A DNA stretch of 35,559 nt, taken from the sequence record SRR22947727_2319. The stretch is one strand, 5' to 3'. Shown here piece by piece: positions 27,928 through 35,559 of the stretch (positions are counted from its first letter, which is position 1; every line of letters starts with the position of its first letter). The position numbers and the translations under genes are program-made. A model generated the notes under the pieces. It saw only the letters and a program-made list of their open reading frames with translations, was not told the origin of the DNA and did not search any database.

Positions 27928-28578
27928 ATGTGGACGAAGATGAAAAACTCACGTAACCCATTCGTGAACGCCATCTACCTCGGCCTGCGCGACTGGAAGG
28001 TACTCGCGGCCCGCGCCACCCGCCCGCAGCTCTGGTTCTTCGTCCTCGCCGTAGTGATCTTCTCCAGTGTCGCTCAACTCATCGCCTTCGTACTCGATCT
28101 GCCGTTCGTAGCGCTCATAGGTTTCGGGCCGTTCTCTTTCGTCGTCTTCTTGGTATCTATCGCGCTCGTTGTGCCTTCGGTGAGCATCACTGTTCGCCGC
28201 CTGCACGATGCAGGCTCCTCACCCGCGTGGGCATGGGTGGGGCTTGGCGTTTCTGTACTGGTGTGGCCGATCATCGGTGTGGGCGTCTTCTTGCTTTTCG
28301 GTGCGCTTTTCGCCGCGAACGAGGCGGTGGTGTTGATCGGCCTCGGGTTGATCTGGTCAGCGAGCCTCATCGCTCTTAGTTTCGGAATCTTCCTGCTCGT
28401 ACTCCTCGTGAAGCCCTCCTCCCCACTGGACTCCAAGTACGGGCCAGCACACGTGACCCAGCCAGCCGCGCTGGCTCAACCTGAGTTGCCCGAACCCGCC
28501 ACCCCTAACCCCGACGCAACCGCCTCACCGGCTGGCGAAGACCCGGGACCGGCCACCGAGAGCGCTCACGATCGTTAG
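27928..28578 (+). CDS. DUF805 family membrane protein with a Pro-rich tail; start 27928 or 27940
   Basis: RATRPQLWFF...PSVSITVRRLHDAG...KYGP. Confidence 0.87.
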   Translation: MWTKMKNSRNPFVNAIYLGLRDWKVLAARATRPQLWFFVLAVVIFSSVAQLIAFVLDLPFVALIGFGPFSFVVFLVSIALVVPSVSITVRRLHDAGSSPAWAWVGLGVSVLVWPIIGVGVFLLFGALFAANEAVVLIGLGLIWSASLIALSFGIFLLVLLVKPSSPLDSKYGPAHVTQPAALAQPELPEPATPNPDATASPAGEDPGPATESAHDR

Positions 28579-28647
28579 ATGAACTTCACGGATGGGCACG
28601 ATCGAAGAAGTCAGTCTCATCGTGGCGAGAGGCCAAAGAGGGGTCGC

Positions 28648-28697
28648 GAATTAGCACAGAATTAGCACAAACCGCGGTTTAGCACAGGGTTAGCACA
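28648..28697 (+). repeat. Four TTAGCACA direct repeats in two pairs around the palindrome AAACCGCGGTTT, putative integrase arm sites
   Basis: Copies at 28651, 28662, 28679 and 28690 (11-bp period within each pair); palindrome at 28669-28680. Confidence 0.8.
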
Positions 28698-28752
28698 ACC
28701 ACATCAGGCCACAACAAACCAACTTTTGGGCCTATTCCAGGAGGGAAAACGG

Positions 28753-28826
28753 TGGCCAGGGACGGGATCGAACCGTCGACCTTCCGATTTTCAGTCGGAC
28801 GCTCGTACCAACTGAGCTACCTGGCC
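28753..28826 (-). tRNA. tRNA-Phe (GAA)
   Basis: GGCCAGGTAGCTCAGTTGGTACGAGCGTCCGACTGAAAATCGGAAGGTCGACGGTTCGATCCCGTCCCTGGCCA folds as a cloverleaf; followed by CCG rather than CCA. Confidence 0.97.
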
Positions 28827-28874
28827 GGGACGCAAAAGGTTATCAGGATCCCTGCGGCGCCTTTGGCCAAGACC

Positions 28875-29597
28875 TCAGATTTCTTGATTGGTCGGGAGCA
28901 TGACGAGGTCACGAATTGTTATGTGGCGTGGTGTTTGGAGCATGTACATAAATGCATCCGCGACGTCTTCAGAGCGCATTCCCCGACCGGCTGCAACTTC
29001 CTCATCGATCGATGCATCACCGTTCGCCACCCCCCAGAGTTCGTTGAGCACGATCCCGGGGGCGATTGCCCCAAGGCGAACCCCCGTACCGACGAGTTGC
29101 TGCCGTGTTCCGTGAGCAAACGCCTGGACGGCATGCTTTGTGGCGGAATAGACGGGCTCCCAGGCGATCACCTGGTGTCCGGAGACAGAGCTTGTGACAA
29201 CGACGTCGCCGGTTCCTTCGTTGATCATGTGGGGGAGAACGGTATGTACGAAGTGCATGACACCAAGAACATTCGTACGTCCGATCGTGTCCACGCGTTC
29301 TAGATCAACCTCCCAACCCTTGTCGGGCAAGTAGAGCCCGGCGTTGGCGAGCAGAATGTCGAGGCGACCGAAGGACTGCAGTGCGCCGTCTAGTGCGTCG
29401 CGCGCTGTCTGAGGGTCGGCGACATCGCCAGCGACGATGTGGGGATCGCCGTGCATCATGCTCGCGAGTTCCGTGAGCTTCGTTTGGTTCCGTGCTACGA
29501 GGACAAGTCGGATGCCAGCGGCGTCGAGCGCTGCTGCGCTTGCGCGGCCGATGCCGGAACTGGCCCCTGTCACGATTGCCACGCGTTGTTCATCCAT
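28875..29597 (-). CDS. SDR oxidoreductase, ribitol 2-dehydrogenase-like
   Basis: TGASSGIG, NAGLY, TSSVSG, WEPVYSATK (YxxxK) and ITIRDLVMLP resemble RbtD-type enzymes. Confidence 0.85.
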   Translation of the reverse strand: MDEQRVAIVTGASSGIGRASAAALDAAGIRLVLVARNQTKLTELASMMHGDPHIVAGDVADPQTARDALDGALQSFGRLDILLANAGLYLPDKGWEVDLERVDTIGRTNVLGVMHFVHTVLPHMINEGTGDVVVTSSVSGHQVIAWEPVYSATKHAVQAFAHGTRQQLVGTGVRLGAIAPGIVLNELWGVANGDASIDEEVAAGRGMRSEDVADAFMYMLQTPRHITIRDLVMLPTNQEI

Positions 29598-30357
29598 GAG
29601 AACCCCTTTCATCGGTTGCCAGTTTGCGGCGTCGATACAACTCATCTGGTCGACTGTCGATGCGTCGGACATGATCGGGCGACAAAAAGTTGGGCCCGCC
29701 GGCTGCGAGAGTTCCAAGAAGAATAGTCGCGTTCTTGTTGGCCATTTCGGTGATCTGCAAAGCCTCTGATGGGGAGGTTGCGAGGACGAACAACCCGTGG
29801 TTCGCCAAGTAGATGACCCGAGGGGCCGTGCCTTCTGAATCGGAAAACTCTTGGACACCGGCACGAACCGCTCTAGCCAACGGAATGCCGGGATCGGTGT
29901 AGGGGATCAGGAGTTGTGCGCTGCCGAGCATGACGATGGCGTCGGGAAATAGGGATCCGGAGACGAGTAATTCGGGATGATTGGAGCAGCCGATGGCATT
30001 GATCGAGACCGGATGGGTGTGCGCGATAACCGATGTATTAGTGGTCGCATAAAGAATCGCGTGCAGGATTGCTTCGACGGATGGTTTCCCGGCATCAGGA
30101 TCAATCTTCGACGAATGATAGGCCTCATGAATCTGGTCATCCGTTGGCTCAGCATCCAGCAAAGCGAGGAGCGTTGACAGCCGCACCTCGACGATGTCTT
30201 CGTCCTGCATGGTCAACAGCGAGCTCCCGCTGGCCTTGATCGCCATCGCATCGGAGTCGATTCGAAACGAGGCGTTGCCTTCGGCTGCAATGGCCAACTG
30301 AAGTGATGGTTCGCCGAGGTTGTGACAGAGGTCGAGCAGTTCCAAGTTCGTGGTCAA
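29590..30357 (-). CDS. Class II aldolase/adducin family protein
   Basis: EGNAS, KASG, KPSVEAILH, HTHP, LANHG; RBS AAGGAG before a TTG start. Confidence 0.88.
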   Translation of the reverse strand: MTTNLELLDLCHNLGEPSLQLAIAAEGNASFRIDSDAMAIKASGSSLLTMQDEDIVEVRLSTLLALLDAEPTDDQIHEAYHSSKIDPDAGKPSVEAILHAILYATTNTSVIAHTHPVSINAIGCSNHPELLVSGSLFPDAIVMLGSAQLLIPYTDPGIPLARAVRAGVQEFSDSEGTAPRVIYLANHGLFVLATSPSEALQITEMANKNATILLGTLAAGGPNFLSPDHVRRIDSRPDELYRRRKLATDERGSHG

Positions 30358-31781
30358 CAGCTCTCCTTGAGGTTGTCGGAAATGAAGTTCCGTGCGCTTT
30401 GGATGGACTCAAACAGTCCTGACGCGACCGCTTGAGTGGCTATGTTCCCGATACTCGTAGCTTCTTGATAGCTGACCCGAACGGGAAGACTGGTGGTTTT
30501 CCCTGTTAGGTCGACCAGCGGTTCGATCCGCGAGCCACCTCCGATCATCACCAACTCATCGATTGCAGTCCCGGTGACGGATCTGATCTGTTCCACGGTC
30601 TCAGCGAATGACGCGGTCAAACTCTCCAGGATCAATCGCACCGTGTGAACACGATCGAGGTCTTTTGCTCCGAAACGATCGCGATACAGCTGACCGATCA
30701 GTTCCGGCATGTTCGTGGTGGTGATGAGGTCGGGGTGTCCGCAGTCGATCACTCCGCGGACGTTGACGTCTTCAGTCTTGGCGGAAGCGATAAGCGAGCT
30801 GCGAAATCCGGTGATGTCGCTGAGCCCGTCGGCCTTCGCCCAGGCTCGAATACATTCGTCCATTAGCCATGTGCCGCTGAGGTTTCGGACGAGCAGTGCC
30901 GAGCCGTCTGCGGACATCTCATTGGTGAAGCCGGCGTTCATCGCATCGCTCGTCAGAACTGGCTGTGAAAGAACGCAGCCGGCGAGTGCCCAGGTCCCAC
31001 AGGAGATGACGGCAGCTCGATCACCGGGGTCGGTGACTGCAGCGAAAGCGCTCGATGTGTCGTGGGCCGGCGCACGGAAGATTGGTACGTCGTATCCGAT
31101 GCCGAGCCGAGTCGACAGTTCCGACGAGAGGACTCCCGCTGAAGTGCATGCATCGCGCAGATCGAACATGACGTCCACGGGAATGGACCACGTTTCCATC
31201 AGTTCGGTGTCCCACTCCCGAGTTGACCAGTCGAGCAGTCCCGTGGTCGATGCGATTGTGCGTTCCGCGCCACGCTCCCCGCCCAACCATGTGGTCCATA
31301 GATCAGGAATGAGCAACGCCCTGACTCCTGGCTCCAAGAGACCCTGCTGCGAGTCGCGCATCAGTTGGAAACACGTGTTGATTGCCAGGTCGATGATGCC
31401 GGTGCGCCGGTACGCCCGCTCGCGTGGAACCTGCTGGTGAGCGAGTTCGACGAACGACTGTTCAGCTGCGCGGTGGTGGCGTGCCGGGGCGACAAGCTTC
31501 GACTCTGAATCGACGAGCCCGTAGTCGACTCCCCAGGAATCAGCAGCAACCCCTGCAAGCCGATCGCCACGATTCTGCGCGCTCGCAGCAGCCTTACCGA
31601 TCCCAGTCAGAGTCTCGTTGAACAGGCTGGCGGTGTCCCAGCACCGGGTGTTGTCGATCGTGACGGGAACATTTGGGAAGCGATGGACCTCTTTCAGGTC
31701 GAATGAATCGTCGGTGAACGATCCGAGTACCACCCGTCCACTGGTGGCACCCAGATCGATCGCAGCGAAACTTTTCGACAT
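30354..31781 (-). CDS. Rhamnulokinase-family (FGGY) carbohydrate kinase
   Basis: AIDLGATSGR, DSWGVDY, HDTSSA, ISCGTWAL, FTNE, GGGS, EATSIGN; ATG overlaps the upstream TGA. Confidence 0.9.
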   Translation of the reverse strand: MSKSFAAIDLGATSGRVVLGSFTDDSFDLKEVHRFPNVPVTIDNTRCWDTASLFNETLTGIGKAAASAQNRGDRLAGVAADSWGVDYGLVDSESKLVAPARHHRAAEQSFVELAHQQVPRERAYRRTGIIDLAINTCFQLMRDSQQGLLEPGVRALLIPDLWTTWLGGERGAERTIASTTGLLDWSTREWDTELMETWSIPVDVMFDLRDACTSAGVLSSELSTRLGIGYDVPIFRAPAHDTSSAFAAVTDPGDRAAVISCGTWALAGCVLSQPVLTSDAMNAGFTNEMSADGSALLVRNLSGTWLMDECIRAWAKADGLSDITGFRSSLIASAKTEDVNVRGVIDCGHPDLITTTNMPELIGQLYRDRFGAKDLDRVHTVRLILESLTASFAETVEQIRSVTGTAIDELVMIGGGSRIEPLVDLTGKTTSLPVRVSYQEATSIGNIATQAVASGLFESIQSARNFISDNLKESC

Positions 31782-32545
31782 CAGATCGCCGTGTAGCCGC
31801 CGTCGATCACTATCGATTGGCCCGTCATGTACGACGAATTCTTTGATGCTAGATAGACCACCGCTCCGACGAGGTCTTCCGGCTCGCCCATCCGGCCTGC
31901 TGGGATCATCGCCGTCCATTGAGCCGCGAGGTCGGGATTGGCATCCATGAATTCGCGGGTCATCGCTGAGAGCGTGTAACCGGGTTCCAGCGCGTTGACT
32001 CGGATTCCGGACTTCGCCCACTCGACCGCAAGAGACTTCGCCAGCATGGAGACGGCGGCTTTCGAAGCGTGATACGACGCCTGGAACTGCGGAACGTTGA
32101 CAATCTGGGCCGACATCGATGAAACGAGGATCGCTGAACCGGTCCGCTGCTCCGCTAATAGACGACGCGCGAAGCTCTGAGCGGCGTAGAAGGTGCCGTT
32201 GAGATTGATGTCAAGTACCCGTTGCCAGTCTTCCGGGGTCACGTCGATGCTGTCACCCCAGATGGTGATCCCGGCTGAGGTTACGAGGATGTCAGCGGTG
32301 CCAAGGACGTCGAACAGATCCGAGAATGCTTGATCAAGTGCCTGGGCATCCCGCACATCAGCGACCACGCCAGCAGCGGTGACCGAATAGTCCTCAGCTA
32401 GGTGAGCGGCAGCCACCGATGACTCCTCGAGAACGTCGACGATGCCAATCGATGCGCCCTGCTCGGCCAAGGCCTGCGCAATGGCCAAGCCGATGCCTCG
32501 ACCACCTCCCGTGATGATCGCGGTCGATCCCGTTAATTGGGCCAT
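31781..32545 (-). CDS. SDR polyol dehydrogenase (galactitol dehydrogenase / sorbose reductase-like)
   Basis: TGGGRGIG, Asp after beta-2 (suggests NAD), SSMSAQIVNVPQFQASYHASK, IDGGYT. Confidence 0.87.
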   Translation of the reverse strand: MAQLTGSTAIITGGGRGIGLAIAQALAEQGASIGIVDVLEESSVAAAHLAEDYSVTAAGVVADVRDAQALDQAFSDLFDVLGTADILVTSAGITIWGDSIDVTPEDWQRVLDINLNGTFYAAQSFARRLLAEQRTGSAILVSSMSAQIVNVPQFQASYHASKAAVSMLAKSLAVEWAKSGIRVNALEPGYTLSAMTREFMDANPDLAAQWTAMIPAGRMGEPEDLVGAVVYLASKNSSYMTGQSIVIDGGYTAI

Positions 32546-32618
32546 GGTGTGTCCTCTCGCATTTGCCTGCTTGTCTGGGCGACGCGGGCGTCGTACATTC
32601 CGTCAACAGATCGAAGTG

Positions 32619-33377
32619 TCATCGAACTTCCACGAAGTCTCGGAACGGATCCATTTCAACGGAATCGGGATCGAGTTCGGTGACGAGTAGATCGATATCG
32701 GAAAGTGGAACAGACCGGATAGATGATCGTTGGGTCAGTTTCGTGCTGTCCAGGGCGAGAATCACGCGCTTGGATGAACGCGCCAACGAATGCTTCATCG
32801 CCGCTTCATCGATTGTCGGTTCCATGGTTCCGGTCTCTGCATCGAGCGCGCTGGTGGACAGAACACAGCAGGACAGCGCGAAGCGTTCGATCGATTCCTG
32901 CGCAACCATCCCGACGAGGCTTCCCGTCCGCGAGTCGAGCTCGCCACCGGACAGGATGGCTTGCACTCCGGCAAGGCCTTGTAGTTGCTGGAAGGTCGGG
33001 ATTCCGTAGGTGACCACCAGTAGGTGGTCGACTGTGGGCATCTGACCCGCCAACACGTGAACTGTGCTGGACGCGTCGAGTCCTATCGATTCGTGTTCTC
33101 GCATCTCTGGTTGGAGTTTTTCGGCGATGCGCCTCTTGGCGCTGAGCGCCCGCGACTGACGAATCTCGAACTCTTCAGTACCGACGTGCACTGCACCACC
33201 GCGAACCAGGCGGGCGCGCCCGACCTTTTCCAGAGCCTTGAGGGAGCGGCGGATAGTCATTGGATGCACCCCGAAGCGCTCGGCTGCCTCATCGATCGCG
33301 ACCCGTCCGTGGTCGCGAAGCGCGGTCAGGAGGGCAGCCTGCCGCTCCTCGGCTGCCAGCGATCCCTCGACGGCCAC
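32619..33377 (-). CDS. DeoR/GlpR family transcriptional regulator
   Basis: ERQ..LL...FGVHPMTIRRSL...GGA; LDASST; LSGGEL; DSTK; LVT. Confidence 0.92.
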   Translation of the reverse strand: MAVEGSLAAEERQAALLTALRDHGRVAIDEAAERFGVHPMTIRRSLKALEKVGRARLVRGGAVHVGTEEFEIRQSRALSAKRRIAEKLQPEMREHESIGLDASSTVHVLAGQMPTVDHLLVVTYGIPTFQQLQGLAGVQAILSGGELDSRTGSLVGMVAQESIERFALSCCVLSTSALDAETGTMEPTIDEAAMKHSLARSSKRVILALDSTKLTQRSSIRSVPLSDIDLLVTELDPDSVEMDPFRDFVEVR

Positions 33378-33453
33378 CTCACGCCCCTTACGCCTGTTGC
33401 TTGTTAGTCTTGGTGAAGTTAACCCTAAATTACATTCACTGGGAAGGCTTCAG

Positions 33454-35490
33454 ATGACCCCGTCCCCGGTCACCGACCTCATCGGGCGTTCACGCCGCCT
33501 AGGTTCCGATCCTCGTAATACCAACTTTGCGGGGGGCAACACCTCCGCAAAGGGAGCTCTTGAGGATCCGGTCACCCGTGAGGACGTCGAGGTGATGTGG
33601 GTGAAGGGATCCGGTGGGGATCTCGGCACTCTGACGGAGTCAGGCCTGGCGGTGTTGCGGCTAGATCGCCTTCGTTCCCTGGTGGATGTGTTTCCTGGTG
33701 AAGAGGCTGAAGACGACATGGTGGCCGCCCTCGACTACTGCTTGCACGGGCAGGGTGGTGCCGCCCCGTCAATCGACACATCAATGCACGGTCTCATCGA
33801 AATGGCTCACGTAGATCATCTCCACCCCGATTCCGGCATCGCTTTCGCGACGGCTATCGATGGACCCGAACTCACGCAGCGATGTTTCGGAGATTCGGTT
33901 ATCTGGGTCCCTTGGCGACGCCCGGGATTCGTCCTCGGAATGGAACTGTCGCGCATTCAACGCGAAAACCCACAGGCAATCGGATGCATCCTCGGCGGAC
34001 ACGGCATTACCGCGTGGGGAGCTGATTCCACTGAGTGTGAAGCCAACTCGTTGCGCATCATCCGGACCGCAGAGGAATACATCTCCGAAAACGGTCACCG
34101 TGAGCCCTTCGGACAAATCCTTCCCGGTTACGAGCCACTAGATCTCGTCGATCGCCACGCGATCGCGGCTCAGCTGGCGCCGGTGCTTAGGGGTATGGCG
34201 TCCCACGATCGACGCATGGTCGGTCACTACGTAGACAGTGAAGTGGTTCTTGACTTCCTCGCACGTGAGAAGCATCCCGATCTCGCCAGACTCGGAACGT
34301 CGTGCCCAGATCATTTCCTCCGGACGAAGGTGAGACCTCTCGTTTTTGATCTTCCCGCGACAAGTCCTGTCGATGAAATGATCACGAGACTTCAGGATCT
34401 CCATGCGGAGTACCGGACGGAATACACCGAGTACTACCAGCGCTGGGCGGGTGCGGATAGCCCGCCCATGCGTGGTGCAGACCCGGCAATCATCCTGATT
34501 CCCGGAATCGGGATGTTCTCCTTCGGTGCAAACAAGCAGACAGCGCGGGTCGCGGGCGAGTTCTTCGTCAACGCCATAAACGTGATGAGAGGAGCCGAGG
34601 CGGTTTCGAGGTACGAACCGATTCCCGAACACGAGAAGTTTCGCATCGAGTACTGGCAACTCGAAGAGGCGAAGCTGCAGCGTCAGCCGAAGCCCAAGAT
34701 GCACGCAAGTCGCGTCGCCGTCGTCACCGGTGCTGCCAGCGGTATCGGCAAAGCCATCGCCGAGAAGCTAGTCGAAGACGGAGCCGCCGTCGTGATCGCC
34801 GATGTCGATCTCAAAGCAGCCCAGTCGGTTGCCACTGATCTGGGCGGCGCAGATATCGCTGTCGCCCTTCACGTAGACGTATCGGACGAGGAGTCCGTGC
34901 GCAAAATGGTGCGAGGTGCTTGTGTGGCCTTCGGCGGCGTCGATCTCGTCGTCAACAACGCCGGGTTGTCCCTGAGTCGACCGCTGCTCGAGACGAGCGT
35001 TGATGACTGGGACCGTCAGCACGGTGTGATGGCTCGTGGCTCCTTCCTCGTCTCACGGGAGTGCACTCCGGCGATGATCGCTCAAGGTCTTGGCGGGGAC
35101 ATCATCTATGTAGCCAGCAAGAACTCCGTCTTCGCCGGACCGTCGAACATCGCGTACAGCGCAGCAAAAGCCGACCAGGCCCACCAGGTCCGGCTCCTCG
35201 CGGTCGAACTAGGTGAGCACGGAATCCGCGTCAACGGAGTCGCGCCCGACGGCGTGGTCCAGGGCTCGGGCATCTTCGCGGGAGGCTGGGGAGCCAACCG
35301 AGCGGCGGTTTACGGAATCGACCAGACCGATCTCGGGAAGTTCTACGCCGAGCGCACAATCCTGAAGCGGGAAGTGGTTCCTGACAACGTCGCTGAGGTC
35401 GTCGTCGCGATCACGGGAGAATCGTTCTCGAGGACGACGGGTTTGATTGTTCCGGTGGACTCCGGAGTAGCTGCCGCCTTCCAAAGGTGA
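33454..35490 (+). CDS. rhaD: Bifunctional rhamnulose-1-phosphate aldolase / short-chain dehydrogenase (RhaEW/YuxG type)
   Basis: GGNTSAK, VKGSGGDL, PSIDT, HVDHLHPD, GTSCPDHFLRTK, EYWQLEEAKL, then an SDR domain (TGAASGIG, NNAG, YSAAK). Confidence 0.92.
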   Translation: MTPSPVTDLIGRSRRLGSDPRNTNFAGGNTSAKGALEDPVTREDVEVMWVKGSGGDLGTLTESGLAVLRLDRLRSLVDVFPGEEAEDDMVAALDYCLHGQGGAAPSIDTSMHGLIEMAHVDHLHPDSGIAFATAIDGPELTQRCFGDSVIWVPWRRPGFVLGMELSRIQRENPQAIGCILGGHGITAWGADSTECEANSLRIIRTAEEYISENGHREPFGQILPGYEPLDLVDRHAIAAQLAPVLRGMASHDRRMVGHYVDSEVVLDFLAREKHPDLARLGTSCPDHFLRTKVRPLVFDLPATSPVDEMITRLQDLHAEYRTEYTEYYQRWAGADSPPMRGADPAIILIPGIGMFSFGANKQTARVAGEFFVNAINVMRGAEAVSRYEPIPEHEKFRIEYWQLEEAKLQRQPKPKMHASRVAVVTGAASGIGKAIAEKLVEDGAAVVIADVDLKAAQSVATDLGGADIAVALHVDVSDEESVRKMVRGACVAFGGVDLVVNNAGLSLSRPLLETSVDDWDRQHGVMARGSFLVSRECTPAMIAQGLGGDIIYVASKNSVFAGPSNIAYSAAKADQAHQVRLLAVELGEHGIRVNGVAPDGVVQGSGIFAGGWGANRAAVYGIDQTDLGKFYAERTILKREVVPDNVAEVVVAITGESFSRTTGLIVPVDSGVAAAFQR

Positions 35491-35509
35491 AGGTGGCTTG
35501 CGCCGTGTG

Positions 35510-35559
35510 TGGCGACCCCGACGGGACTCGAACCCGCGACCTCCGCCGTGACAGGGCGG
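35510..35559 (-). tRNA. tRNA-Asp (GTC), 3' part only (5' end beyond the window)
   Basis: Reverse complement CCGCCCTGTCACGGCGGAGGTCGCGGGTTCGAGTCCCGTCGGGGTCGCCA: anticodon arm, T arm, acceptor 3' strand and CCA. Confidence 0.88.

Larger units (their letters stand above)
23165..28794. mobile_element. tRNA-Phe-integrated genomic island (5,586-bp offset between att copies), no integrase gene
   Basis: Direct repeat of the tRNA 3' half at both ends, TAGCACA repeats just inside both ends, AlpA-like remnant and unrelated cargo genes. Confidence 0.85.

Noticed and set aside
28579-28665. Short ORF beside the arm repeats as an integrase remnant
   Set aside because: 28 codons with no tyrosine-recombinase catalytic motif.
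28648-28697. TTAGCACA repeats as a mini-CRISPR array
   Set aside because: Repeats are only 8-11 bp with no unique spacers and there are no cas genes; position fits arm-type sites.
28752-29303. 183-aa plus-strand ORF
   Set aside because: Antisense to tRNA-Phe and the SDR gene; a shadow ORF.
33238-33453. N-terminal extensions in the ORF track (rhaD; likewise the kinase, RbtD-like SDR, methyltransferase, bldC, amine oxidase and DUF805)
   Set aside because: They overlap neighbouring genes or promoters; family motifs and RBS or stop/start overlaps support the downstream starts.
33378-33453. Specific DeoR operator in the AT-rich divergent spacer
   Set aside because: Only weak symmetry (GTGAA...TTCAC); a site is likely but cannot be defined by eye.

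Overview
High-GC actinobacterial chromosome segment, by inference from a non-filamentous lineage. Left part (1-12 kb): conserved purine/bldC neighbourhood (5'-truncated purL, SCP-family gene, purF, purM, DUF3073, Glu/Leu/Phe/Val dehydrogenase, bldC), interrupted by an Fe3+ ABC transporter with tandem IdeR/DtxR boxes. Middle (12-23 kb): accessory genes, including a thermonuclease-lamin-tail fusion, phzF-homocysteine methyltransferase pair, two K+ channels, a divergent DAG-kinase/PAP2 pair, a ZIP-like protein, a secreted protein and a flavin amine oxidase. 23.2-28.8 kb: a 5,586-bp integrase-less element in tRNA-Phe(GAA), bounded by a 41/44-bp duplicated tRNA 3' half, with a symmetric core, six TAGCACA arm-like repeats and an AlpA/Xis-like remnant. 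Right part: a DeoR-associated, rhamnose-like catabolic cluster with two polyol-type SDRs and no isomerase, between tRNA-Phe and a tRNA-Asp cut by the window edge. No CRISPR array, rRNA or transposase seen. All calls come from reading motifs by eye; no searches were run.
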